Shown here: positions 1 through 11,911 of the stretch, piece by piece
How the letters are laid out: each line of letters begins with the position of its first letter
Position numbering within the stretch: the stretch's first letter is position 1
Source of the DNA: Selaginella moellendorffii
Taxonomy: Eukaryota > Plantae > Lycopodiophyta
DNA length: 64,000 bases
NCBI RefSeq assembly: GCF_000143415.4
Contig: NW_003314276.1
Coordinates: 831,630-895,629, forward strand
Reading direction: 5' to 3'
The notes under the pieces: generated by a model
The model's input: the letters and a program-made list of their open reading frames with translations, nothing else
Told to the model about the DNA's origin: nothing
Databases searched by the model: none
Translations under genes and position numbers: made by a program

Positions 1-113
1 TCCAACTTCCACTGCACGAATGACTTACCTCTACACAGTCTTCTGCGACTGCCAACACTGTATGGAGCAGCTGTTTGAGCTACTGGCGCTTGAGGTCAAT
101 GAGCAGGACAATT

Positions 114-315
114 GGAATGGGAGGCATGCTTTCCGGGACAGTCGATCGATTCGAAAGAGTAACTCGATTCTTCTTTTATTCTTTGGCTCGATCGTCGCGT
201 CCGATCCAACTTTTTATTTCCAGGTCTTCGAGACAAAATCTGGCCGCAACGTCGTTGCTTCTTCTCGGTAAAGTGTCTATTTTGCCTGCAGATAGACAAT
301 CCAAACTCTTTTAGT
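114..315 (+). pseudogene. Degenerate duplicated 3' fragment of the BET1-like SNARE gene (last two exons, intron and 3'UTR)
   Basis: Reverse-complement match to 22558-22835 (gaggcatgctttccgggacagtcgatcgattc; caggtcttcga.acaaaatctggccgcaac; ctcttttagt). Encodes GMLSGTVDRF and VFETKSGRN, but the transmembrane segment is deleted. Confidence 0.85.
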
Positions 316-1776
316 GCCGCAGAACATGGGCTAGATCAAACAATGCGTTGGAGAACTCCAGCATGACGCAGAATCCGAGAAAAGGCAACAGTCTCATTGT
401 CCCCCTTCATGTAATGATAGCAATTGTTGTGATTTCTCATTCCACTGGTGATCCTGAGAGCCATCTCGATCTTCTCAGCAAACAATCACAGTGCGAACAA
501 CTCTTGAGGGCCGTCATCGACAAACTAAAGATGACGAGGTGACGAGAGGCTTTGTGACAAAGAGAAATAGCGATGCATTCCATACTTACTTCCCCTGATG
601 CCTCGATAGTCTTAACTGCGTATAATACGACAGATAAAACTTAGTTTCCAGGTATAACATTCATAGCATTCTTACCTTCAAATGTGCAAGAACCTAAAAC
701 TCCACAATGGAAATTATTTGCCCAACCTATACATAAAATGGCATCACTTTTTGGCCTAATCTTACCGTTTATTTTCACTGGATATGACCCAAGGATCAGA
801 TTTATGCTCTCCTACGCATGAGCAGTAGTGTCTTATGGGATCATTCCCACTATGCTCTCCATAGCTGTCTATACGAGAGGTCTTGCAGTTGTTGAGAGCT
901 GTGGAACCGGGGCTGTCACGGTGATGTCCCAGACCTGGAGTTTCCATCCTCATAGACACGGGCATTTGCGTGGACATCTCTAGAGATGAGCTAGCCCCAA
1001 TTGGAGGAGCTAGCATGGAGGACTTACAGAGGAAGGAACTTATGGATGTTGTGGTGGTGGTGGGCCGCTGTGATCATCCTTTTCATTTGTCATCATCGAT
1101 GCACTGATGAGTGTATCTATTTCCTGAGCATGCAGAAATAGCAATACCTACATGTGTGCATAGAAGAGGAGGAAATGCTGGATCTTCCAAAAGCATTAGA
1201 TTCTTGTTGTGTACTGATATGAATATTGCCATGGAATATGTATTGGCATCTTAAGAACAAGTATGTGGAGACAATGTTATAGAGTAGTGCTCTTTGTCTT
1301 TGTCTTTCTTTTTTTTATCCTTCTCAGTATCTCAGAGAAGGTGATTTCACATTAGAATGTTTTTGTCCACTGGTTCCTTGAATTCACAATACACTCCAGA
1401 TCTGGACGTGGGATTTCCAGCTGTAGAAGATGAAGACTATAATATTCCATGAAACACCCTGTGCACTACACAAAGAACAAGTGTGTGTACTATATACACC
1501 AATGCCATATAAAGCCATTGTGTTGGGAGCAATGGCCCCATTGTTGTTTCTTTGACAGGTGGAAACAGTTGAGAATGCTAAAGTTAATAGAGTTTTCTAA
1601 ATTTCTCATTGTTTGACAGGCTCATTGATGAAGTTATTTATGGTAAAAAAAATTAAAAATACTATAAATTATTGGGTCCAAGTATTTAGAGCTCACATGT
1701 GTCTAAAAATAGAAAAAAAGAAATACAAAAGGATTTAAAAATAAATAACAATCCCAAGTGCACTAAATAAATACTC

Positions 1777-2814
1777 ATGGAAAAGAAACACTTATATATG
1801 GTATCAAAACTGTTTCCTATTTCTTTATATCTATGTTTGTTAAATATACAATTTGTATTTGCAACACCACCAACCCCCATTCCAGATGATGAGCCTACTC
1901 TTATATATGCTAAAAATCCCTTTGCTATCAATGTAAACCCCTTCACACGCTTTTTGGGGCACATTCGAGCATATATTTTCTCAACATTTCTTGATGGTGA
2001 AACATATCCAACAGGATTACGAATTATAAATATTCATTTCCATAGATCAGGGTTTAATATCACTGCAAATTTATATATTTTAGAACCTGGGTTTGCTAGT
2101 CAACAAACTCTTATACCATATGTTTGCACTACAGATCCAACAATTCCATTAGGCTTTCAAGGTGATGAGGTAAGAACCCTTTATGAAAGAATTTTAACAT
2201 TCATTCAAGCAAGAGCTGCATCAGATACACATGGGATATCCTTTTGTGGAGAAATCCGTGTTGTTTATTTCAATCTTATGATTGACTATGAGATCACAGT
2301 ACCACTTCCTCAACTTCCCCATGAGATGCTCATGCATAGTAATTATACTAAAGACTACAAATCTGAAATAGTTCCACAGCTACAACTTTTTCATATAGCA
2401 GATTTGCATAAAAATTGTTGGGCATTCTCAACTATACTTATTGGTCAGAAAACTAATATAGTTGGCTCTTCTATTGAAATTGGTAATAGTTTAACTTCAC
2501 CAAATAAAAAATTCAGACTAACTTTAGGGAGTGATTGCAAGCTAAAGTTTTATAAAATTGGGTATAGCATCCCACTTTGGATTAGTGAACACAAATTTAA
2601 CCCCCAGCAAAGCTGTTATGCACACTTACAAGAGGATGGAAACTTTGTTATTAAGGAAAGTAATATTAAACATGATCAAAATAATGTTTATTGGGCTAAT
2701 AATAAGTATTGTACACCACAACCCTCATGTAAGATCATCACAACATTAGTTGTGAGTAATCATGGAAATATTATTATTTATTGGAACAGTAGAATTTTAT
2801 GGAAAGCCTTGTGA
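1777..2814 (+). CDS. Secreted protein, 345 aa: signal peptide, unknown ~190-aa domain, C-terminal bulb-type (GNA/B-) lectin domain
   Basis: Intact intronless ORF with a hydrophobic N-terminus ending ...QFVFA. The C-terminal ~115 aa show the B-lectin pattern (GNSLTSPNKKFRLTLGSDCKL...PLW...LQEDGNFVI...YW...LVVSNHGNIIIY...LW). Confidence 0.75.
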   Translation: MEKKHLYMVSKLFPISLYLCLLNIQFVFATPPTPIPDDEPTLIYAKNPFAINVNPFTRFLGHIRAYIFSTFLDGETYPTGLRIINIHFHRSGFNITANLYILEPGFASQQTLIPYVCTTDPTIPLGFQGDEVRTLYERILTFIQARAASDTHGISFCGEIRVVYFNLMIDYEITVPLPQLPHEMLMHSNYTKDYKSEIVPQLQLFHIADLHKNCWAFSTILIGQKTNIVGSSIEIGNSLTSPNKKFRLTLGSDCKLKFYKIGYSIPLWISEHKFNPQQSCYAHLQEDGNFVIKESNIKHDQNNVYWANNKYCTPQPSCKIITTLVVSNHGNIIIYWNSRILWKAL

Positions 2815-3631
2815 ATTATATATTTTGAGGCTTATTATAAAACTTATCATAAATACTATAATTAGATCAAATTTAAAATTACTCTATACCATATATACTA
2901 ACATTAGCATTACATTAGAAATTTGTAGCTGTAAGTTTTGTAACTATAGATATGCATATTTACATATATCATAATATAAGATAAATATTTTAATTATAAT
3001 AGTGTAGCATATGGACTTGATTAAGACGAGATTTAATCCATGCATTTATTTATATAAACAAGGGTCTTTTCAATTATTATATCTTCATATTGAAAATTAT
3101 CCCTAAAGGACAAGGGTTATGCTTTTGATTTTTTGTTTGTTTTGATTTGCTTAGCTTTTTGTTAAATTTCTTTTTATTATCATTTTTGCTCTTTATATTG
3201 CATTTCCTCTTTTTGCCATATCATGCCATCAATTAAAGAGTGTATCATCAAAGTAAGTGTCAATAGTTCTTGAAGAAGTCTACAAATCTCAATGACGATT
3301 TAGTAGTGATAGGCTTGCTTTACTGGATGGTGTGGTCCATTATCCTTATCTGGCAACACTATTCTTGCTATTGTATCACATGTGGATTGAGCTTTTGGTA
3401 CTATTGGGTGTATGATGTTGCTTTAATATTTAGTATACTGTTATCTCCAACTTTTGTAAAATATGATTACACTATGTGTCCTATTCTTAATATCTGATTG
3501 GAATATACAATTGTGAAGGGTAGAATGTCCAAATGGTACTGAGCACAACCACACATAAGAGAGCTTGGCCAAAGAATGCTAGCTGATCCTTAATATCCAT
3601 TAAAGAGGAATGAGAACAATAGAGAGGAGGG

Positions 3632-3655
3632 AAGAGAGAGAGAGAGAGAGAGAGA
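3632..3655. repeat. (GA)n microsatellite
   Basis: Direct reading: agagagag... Confidence 0.9.
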
Positions 3656-3680
3656 ATAAAAATCTACCATACTCTATACT

Positions 3681-4030
3681 TATAGTGCATTCTATCTCTC
3701 TTCTCTTAAGCCAACTGAAAAAGGGGCAATTGTTTGATTAATAGCTATTTTACCCGTATTGTAGTCCCACAGTGGATACCTTTATCCATGGATACTCCAC
3801 ACAAGAGGAAAGACATAAACATGGATGTCCAATATGTACAATTTTAAATTTTAGGGGTAAAAATATATTTTGCTCAAGGGTATATTATATTTTTAAGTAG
3901 CCACTAATCAATGGGAATCGAATCCATACCATTTGCTCTGATACCAACTGTAGCTCACCCTATCTCTCTCCCCTTAATCCAACTAGAAAAGGGGCAATTG
4001 TCCTTAGTGGCTATTTTATCCCCCATTTAT
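3681..4030 (-). mobile_element. Small degenerate LTR/TRIM-like remnant with tRNA-iMet PBS
   Basis: gctctgatacca at 3935-3946 (PBS TGGTATCAGAGC on the minus strand) abuts tgtagc at 3949. Two diverged ~80-bp direct repeats (ctatctctc...ccaact.gaaaaggggcaattgt) at ~3690 and ~3960. Confidence 0.45.
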
Positions 4031-4093
4031 CCCCTAACGTTTCAAGGATCTACGGTGACAGTATATCTAAATCTCATCCCATAATCACATGCG

Positions 4094-4857
4094 TGTAAGC
4101 CACAAATGTTTCCTTTCCAATTTGCCAGCTTACCTCGTCTATTTGACCAACACTGCCTTGGCTTGTGCTAAGTTCCCTCACCAAGGTTCCCTCCTATTGT
4201 ACTAGCTCCTACTTGGTCCTACTTTGTTTCAGCTACTCACTACATGAGCAACGGAGCGTTAGCCATCCATCCACGGATTCCCAAATCTCTCCCAATCCCC
4301 CTCCCTGGGTTAGACTAGACTTAAGGTTTGGCTACACTCCTCGCAGGCACAAGCAGCTAAGCACACCAAGCCTCTAGGTTTCTAACACCCCTTGGTACAA
4401 CAAGACTTGATCATAGGACCCTCTAAATCCCAAGCCTTAGGTGCAACACTTGCTTCGGGACATCGGGGCGAAACACCGTGGCTTAACGGCCTGATATGGG
4501 TACCTCTACCCCCCCACTTCCATCCCGAAGGGAAGGCCCAAGCCCCTAAGAAGGGCGAGGACCAATGAGCCACAAGGTACTCAAGTGGGGCACCACTCCA
4601 CATGAGTTGGGATCACTATAGTCAATTTTCCTTTCGGGAGTGGGAGTTGCTCTTGAGCACTTCTTTGGGTGGCCCCTCTGGCACCACCCAAGCCTATGCT
4701 CACTCCCACCCAAGGCCCCTCGGCCCCAATCTCAACCTCAAGTCAGTTTGGAAAAACACTATTGGAGAGTTCTTTCAAGACTGGTTCCTAAACCTCACTA
4801 TCCCTACTATATTGATACTTTTGGAACCCCCTGCAGCCCCCCCCCCCCCCCCCCCCC
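4094..4857 (-). mobile_element. Truncated LTR (family B, 3' two-thirds)
   Basis: Reverse complement of 58370-59104. Starts tgtaagccacaaat, the LTR 3' end gtggcttaca, and breaks off at the poly-C tract. Confidence 0.9.
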
Positions 4858-5383
4858 GAAATTATATACCTTTGTGTATTGCTCTTCATTAAAATGGTAT
4901 AAGTGGACAGTCTATACCATATGATTCAGACTCTTCTTCAACATCTAAGAGTGATGCTCTTCCATGAGACTAACAAAAATCTCATGCAAAAAAATGTCTT
5001 TATCTATAACAAAGAAGTTTGAAAATGACAATAGAAGTTTACTCATATTTCTTAAACCTGACTATGTATGCTATCCTTATAAATTCTGTCATAAAAGACC
5101 ATCTAACTATTTCAAATATGAATCACCTTGCTATTGGTTTGGATTTTTCAGTACCAATACCTTCAATCTAGACTCCACCATGGCACCCCACCCAGCAACA
5201 AGCAAGCCTTGCCTCAAAGGTGACCTTTATCAAAGGATGAGTAGACATGTGCTATAGGCCATACCATGGATGTGCATAATAGGCATGTATGGAAGATCAT
5301 AAAAAACATCTGATCACATTGGATGCCCATTGGATGTGCATAATAGACACATAGTTATGACAGGCCAATCAAATGTTGCCACA

Positions 5384-5738
5384 TGGTTTACGAATAACAC
5401 GCCATACATACCCCTGCCATCCTATATATATGCCCTGGCTCTGGGCCATATGAAATGGTTGAGTGATGAAGCAAAAGCCACTCCCTGCACCAACTATATT
5501 GCTGGATGACAGAAGCTTGCTGATTCTAGAGGGTATGGTCCAAGTCCAGATGCAAAAGCCTGAGGCACAAAGTCCTTCAAAATACGCTGGGTAGGGACAG
5601 GGGAAATGGAGGACACCTAGGTCACAAAGGAACAGTTAAAGAAGCTTGAGGAGTTCATCTATTCAACTTAGAAGACTTTGTAAGGTAGGGCATATATAGG
5701 ATGGCAGGGGTATGTATGAAATGTTATTTGTAAACCGG
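5384..5738. mobile_element. Chromovirus 3' remnant (chromodomain-like fragment) between ~52-bp inverted repeats
   Basis: catacatacccctgccatcctatata at 5403 versus tatataggatggcaggggtatgtatg at 5693. The interior + frame reads KIRWVGTGEMEDT*VTKEQL, resembling a chromodomain W...EDTW. Confidence 0.5.
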
Positions 5739-6869
5739 TGCTCTTTGAAAAAAAGTCTGTTCAAATCTTTTTAAATTTTGGTTTTTGTCTTCCAGCACAT
5801 TAAATATCTCTAGAGAGAGCTTTACAAGAAAGTGATATGGTTTTATAAGCAATTATTTAAGTCAATGGAGGACATTGGTATTTTAGATGTCAAATATATG
5901 GCATATACAAAGATTGAGGTGTGTATTTACACTTTATATTGCTAAGGACCTTGTGCATTGGGTTGTGACTTGGAACATCCATAAGGTTCAAGCATTTCAA
6001 AATGGTGACTATTTCAGAGCTTCTCATGTTCCTATAATTTGTTTCAACTTATGGGTAAGAACATAGATATATGCTGTTTGTTTCTTTAATATATTTATTA
6101 TTTTCATAGCATAGTCAGAGTATTGAGCAGTAAGGGTATTGAACTCTTGTCTGGACTATTTCTATGAAGTGTTGAAGGTGCTCTTTGCCATAAATATTTA
6201 GTTTTACCTTTTTTATGATGTGCCCTACTCTAACAATTTCCTTGTTTTGAGTAACACATAACAATAATTTGAAATCAAGCATTTCACTCTATCATACTAG
6301 GCTAAATCTGGATGAACAATACCTTTTACACTTAGACTTGTCAATGCAATATGCACTAGTAAATATAAAACACATCCCACTTATAGATTACATTGCAACA
6401 ACACTACCCATTGTGACTCCAATCACTAAAAGAGCTCTTGGGAAGTTGCAGATAGGCATTCTCCATCTATCTTAGTTTTAAATTCTTTAAAATTTGTTTG
6501 TTCTTTCAGGTGTATTCCAATTTTAAGTAGTGGAATTCAAATGTTGTCACTAACTATGTAATAGTATTATTGATTCACAAACAAAAATATAACAAAGCAT
6601 GACTATATTCCTAGATCAGGAGATTGGTAAGCATGAAGTACATATGTGAACAACATGTTTTGAATCATATGGCAAGTTATAAAAGGTAATAATTTTATAT
6701 GAAAAACATACATGCTATAACTTGGTATAAGAGCTAAGTGCACTTCACCACTTTGAGCATACTTGAAAAGCATAGCATTCCATGAAACACAGTCCTAAAT
6801 ACGCTCTTGAATGTTGTCCATACAAAGTACTTTGGATGAAGCTTTGATTAAGCTATTGTCCTTTTCCTT

Positions 6870-7650
6870 AGGGTGTGACATTTTGGCCTATACCATACAT
6901 ACACCTAGTATCCAACGTTGAAAGTCCTGAAGGAACACTTCTAGTTGACATAGAAGCTCATTCACTGCCTTGCAGCTTTGAGCCTTCTCTTCACCAAATA
7001 GTGTATTACAGCCCGCCTCCAGGTGTTCGGCTGTAGACAGACAAATTGGGAAGGTACACTGTGGTGCCAAGTATGGGGCTATGCCGATTGGGGAATAAAC
7101 AGCATATACCAACCACTTCACCTAGGACGTTGGTTTGTCCATACAAAAAGCCCATAGCAAGGCCTCAAGAGTCTGATTTCATTCACTTGGTTTGCCCATC
7201 ACTCTGAGGGTGATACGTGCTCAAGAAGGTGAGTTTGGTCCCCAGGATGAACAGCAATATTCAAAAGGAGCTCAAGAACTTCAAGTCCCTATAAGAGACT
7301 ATCTCCCTCAGTATCCTGTGAAAGTGGGCTATCTCCATCCAGAACAGCTCGGCCACCTTTTCTGTAGATGCCTTTGATGACACCTGGCCACATCATGCCC
7401 TCCCACTGTCGGTAGCCCCACAACAAAGTCTATTGAAATGCTATCAAATGGATGAGCAGAAGTCCCAAGGAAGCCTCTATCTCCAATTTTGTTATCTAGC
7501 ATGCTGGACACTGCACTATTAGTGATGCATGTCTTTTAGGAGGCCCTTTCAAATAAAATCTGCTCTTGATCTCCACAAGCATCTGTCCTATACCAGGATG
7601 GCCTACGAAAATCCCTATATGGCACTCCTTGAAGATCACACAAGGCACTA
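6870..7650 (-). pseudogene. Degenerate Ty3/gypsy integrase fragment
   Basis: PFDSISIDFVVGLP integrase-core start, with stops and frameshifts. Confidence 0.75.
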
Positions 7651-7789
7651 TTTTTGCTTATAACTATTGGGGAGTGTTTTTATTTTGGAATAGGGTAGAT
7701 TTATTAATAGCAATGGGTGTGGTTTATTATATCCAAGAAGCAAGGTTGGGAGCTTGGAAACAGTCACAATTGGTGAGGTGTTCAAAGTA

Positions 7790-8075
7790 TAAAAACTTTG
7801 CGATGCATTGCATGTAGCAACAATTGGTTTGCTTAATAGTAGTGTTATTCTTACTTATTAATCCAAAATAAATTTTATAATTATAGATATGTTTATAATT
7901 TATAAAAACAAGATTAATCTTATTACATATCAACCACTAGATGGTAGAATAAAAAATAATATACTAAAAAGTGTTTAAAATTTTTATAAATTACAAACAT
8001 ATTTATAAACTATAAATACAAGATTAATCTAAATGAATAACAACTATTAGATGGTAGAATATCCTAGAATATCCA
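7790..8075. repeat. AT-rich dispersed repeat, inverted copy at ~42195-42465
   Basis: gcattgcatgtagcaa...ggtttgcttaatagt...cttattaatccaa...aagattaatct matches the reverse complement of the 42.2-42.5 kb segment. Confidence 0.8.
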
Positions 8076-9600
8076 CTACCATCTCTATAGGTTTGCTTAA
8101 GCAAACCAAAAATAGTAATAGGGCGTTTGGATCTTTTATATATACCATAGGTAGATATATAAGGGTTAGAATTGATTTATTTTTTGGATATATCTTGGGT
8201 TTTTTATTTTTTTTTAACACAGCCATTTATTTTTATATTCAATTTCAAGAGTTCACCCCAAGGTTGATGCGCAGTCTAGTCTCCTCAAAGAATTGAGTCA
8301 GTGTAATGTTAAGCAAGTTCACTATGTTGATTATCTTGTTTAGGCCATAGTATTTTATAATAATATATCTTTTGTTATTCAGCCTTTCTACTTGGATGAA
8401 GTCTTTTGTAATATAAGGGTTTCTATTATCTATGATTCTTTCTTTTTACTTCCTCATTGTTGTTTATTTCTTCAATGTTTCTTTATCTTTTTTTTCCATT
8501 TTCATATTCTTTCTTTCTGAAATTTTATTGCTCTTTCCTTTTTACTTTGATAATTCAAACTTCTTTTCCTTAAAGGAGAGAGGGGATGCACAGGAATCTA
8601 GCCCAATGATGGAGTAAAGATAAACAATAATGGTATTAGAATAAAGATAATTATAATAAGTTAAAACAGAACATTTGGCCTGACTGAGTAAGGTAAAATG
8701 GATATGATAGTAGAGTGAAGTTAAACATAGTGAGAATGAGGTATACCCAGTAAAACATATAATTCAAAAGGTGGATGACAATTGATATCAAAGTAATTTC
8801 AAAAGAGCCATCAAAAGGAGAAGCCCATGCAATGATCTTGTTACCTGCTTTCATGGGGAGTGTGAGGCTCTAGTGTTTCCAAGTGCAAGGATTGATAGGG
8901 AGTTGACAAGCTTTTGCCCTTATTGATTCAAGGATGTCCCATATGTTTGTCAATAGTTTATTACTCTCAAAACTCAAATTCTCTATAGGAAAGGTACCAT
9001 TGGAGCTGGCTATTGAGATAGCTGATGGAGGAATTATGAAGTTGACCATAATCACACAAAGTGAATTCAATATGGGAGGTTTCATGATATATGGCCATTT
9101 CCATGTGTTGGAGATGGGGATCATTAATATCATCATTGGCATTAAGACCCTTCACCAACTTTAGGAGATCTCAATGAACTTTGTTCTGCAGATCTTGTGG
9201 CAAGGGGTAAACCAATCTCCATCAATTCAGATTGCCTTGGCAGCTCAATATTCTTAATTAGTGGCAAACGGAGTTGAGCTGGTGCTTTATCATTCATCCA
9301 TAGGAGTTTGAGAAAATCATGTAGGGAGCATATGGACCTAAGTAGATCTTATGGTGGGGTCTAGTTAGTCCAGTTGAGACATAGACAAGAAGAAAGTAGA
9401 GAAGAAAGTAGGGCATTAGTGGATGAATGTGACAGTGTGAGTGACAAGACTTAGAAGAAAATATGGATATTGGAGATGGTTGTAAGCAACTAAAGAGAAT
9501 GATTTGACACGATCCATGGGGTTCAAATATAGAGGGAAAGGGCCTATGAACAAAAATGCACCTTTTTTTTTCATTCGATTAAGGGATCTTAGATATTTGG

Positions 9601-9656
9601 GATTAAGTGTCCTTGGGTTTGAATAGTATTGGGCTGGGTGACCTCCTGGGAAGTTC
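9601..9656 (+). promoter_or_regulatory. 5S rRNA-derived A-box/IE/C-box segment in the Cassandra 5' LTR (second copy 11947-12002)
   Basis: gattaagtgtccttgggtttgaatagtattgggctgggtgacctcctgggaagttc versus plant 5S GTTAAGCGTGCTTGGGCGAGAGTAGTACTAGGATGGGTGACCTCCTGGGAAGTCC. TGGGTGACCTCCTGGGAAGT is identical. Confidence 0.85.
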
Positions 9657-9934
9657 AAATTCAGAAGTTTACATTTGGTATTAGAGAGCTCTCAAAGTCT
9701 AATTTTATTGGTTGACTTAAGGGAATTACACCACATGTTGAGATTGATATCTGGTAGGTTCAATTTGCTTCTAGCTAGGCTCGACTTGAGGGGTAGGGTT
9801 CTCTCAGCTTTCATTCATGAGGGCATGAACTTACAGAGAAATGTAGTGAATTGTAAACAACCAAAGAAAAAAACTTGAGAGACGATCCATGGGGTTCAAA
9901 TATAAAGGGAAAGGGCCTATGAACAAGAGTACAC

Positions 9935-11911
9935 TGTGAGACACAAATCCCTACACCCCAAAGTGGAGCCGAAAAGATGCCACATGGTAGTGGCCGAAGC
10001 GAAAGCCAAACAAGCATAACACGTTTGGACTAAAAGCTCCAACTTGAGGAGTCCGAGATAGATTTGAGATGGAGTCCGAGATGGAGTCTGAGATAGACCT
10101 GAGATGGAGTTCGAGATGGACCCGAGATGGAGTCTTAAATGGAGTCTAAGATGGAGTCTGAGATGGACCAAGATGGAGTCCGAGATAGACTCGAGATGGA
10201 ATTCGAGATGGAGTCTAAAGAAGACCTGAGATGGAGTCCGAGATGGAATCCAAGATGGACCTGAGATGGAGTCTGAGATGGACCGAGATGGAGTCTGAGA
10301 TGGAGTCCGAGATGGAGTCCAAGGTGGACCCAAGATGGAGTTTGAGATGGAGTCTAAGGTGGACCCAAGATGGAATCTGAGATGGACCGAGATGGATTCT
10401 GAGATGGAGTCTGAGATGGAGTCCGAGATGGAGTCCAAGGTGGACCCGAGATGGAGTTTGAGATGGAGTTCAAGGTGGACCCAAGATGGAGTCCGAGATG
10501 GATCGAGATGGATTCTGAGATGGAGTCTGAGATGGACCCGAGATGGAGTCTGAGATGGACCAAGATGAAGTCCGAGATGGAGTCTGAGATAGACTCGAGA
10601 TGGAATCCGAGATGGACTTGAGATGGAGTCCGAGATGGACCGAGATGGAGTCTGAGATGGAGTCCAAGATGGAGACCGAGATGGAGTCCGAGATGGAGTC
10701 CAAGGTGGACCCGAGATGGAGTCCGAGATGGACCAAGATGGAGTCTGAGATGGACCTGAGATGGAATCTGAAATGGAGTTCGAGAAGGACCCGAGATGGA
10801 GTCTGAAGTAGAGACCAAGACCAAGACCGGGACCGAGACCGAGACCGAAGTCGAGACTGGGACTAGGACCAAGACCGAGCCTAAGCTCGAATCCGAGTCC
10901 AAGTCTAAGTCTGAGTCTGAGTTTGAGTCTGAGAGGGTGAAAGCCCAAAGTGTTCGTCTCCCAAACCCTAGGGGGTTTGGTGAGCTCCAAAAGTATAGTA
11001 GGAGGAGGACTCTAGTGGAACCAGTTTGGCCTAGGAAGGCTATACCCAGATGTTGGGTGACAGGATAACCACTGGGAGGTCCAAGGCTAGAGTGAATACG
11101 GACCATCAAGTGGGATAGCTTGGTAAAGTGTTCAAGAGCTGGCTCTAGTTCCCTGAGAGATTGAATGGTCAATGCACCTAATCCAAGCGTGGGTGGCACT
11201 ACCTACTTGGATACCTGGTGTGGCTTAACGGAACTTCACTTTAAGCCCATGGCTAGAGCACCTAAAGGCAGAAGGTGGGGAGAGTACCCACGGGGCTCAC
11301 GTAGGGCCACGGTATTCTAAAATGTTGTTCCGATGTCCTAAACTAGGGAAAGGAGGAGGAGCAATCCTTTAGTGTAGTGACTAAGGATACGGTCACATGG
11401 TGAGGAAGTCCCAATGGACAATGGGACTTAGTGGCCGGGCTTACGGGCCTTGATTTAGTGGTAGTGTTGGCAAACATAGCTATTGACAGAAAAGGGACTT
11501 GGTAGGAATTGACAAAGGGATATTAAGGAAGGCTATCCCCCATGTCTGTGGGCATTCTAAAGATGCTAAGGAGTGGATCTGGGATGACCACTCGTGGACG
11601 GATGGCCCAGTCTTGGAGAGCCGGGACTGTGATGCAAGTGGTATTGGATCACTAGTGTGGCAAAGGTGAATGGGCATGGCCTTAGCGTAACGGGCTGATA
11701 TATCAGTGGTACCTTTGAGTGTCGGTCATGGGACCTGACACGTGGAGCACTTGGACCAAGTGCAACTATTGAGTGGCATCGATGCCATTCTTGGGGCTAG
11801 CAAGTCCCCAAGTCTGGAATAGGACTTATGGAAGTTGTAAGTGAGACTCCTCCAAGTGGTCAGAGGTGTGGTTAAGTGACTAAAGTAGAATGGAAAATTT
11901 AGTCGCTTACA
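9935..11911 (+). mobile_element. Solo LTR (family A), 1977 bp
   Basis: TGTGAG...CTTACA termini. 5-bp TSD TACAC at 9930-9934 and 11912-11916. Reverse-complement homologue of 12429-14220. Confidence 0.93.
10050..10935 (+). repeat. Compound tandem array inside LTR (GAGATGGAGTCC / GAGATGGACC / GAGACC / GAGTCT units)
   Basis: Direct reading. Related arrays at ~13430-13990, ~19808-20388 and ~58040-58315. Confidence 0.95.

Noticed and set aside
1090-1145. Hammerhead-like CTGATGA...GAAA with a short intervening stem
   Set aside because: No G-C pair closing stem II and no convincing stems I/III around a cleavage triplet.
9601-9656. Functional 5S rRNA gene
   Set aside because: Only the internal ~56 nt are present, embedded in LTRs; the 5' and 3' parts of 5S are missing.
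10050-10935. CRISPR-like or telomere-like array
   Set aside because: No unique spacers and no TTTAGGG units; it lies within eukaryotic LTRs.
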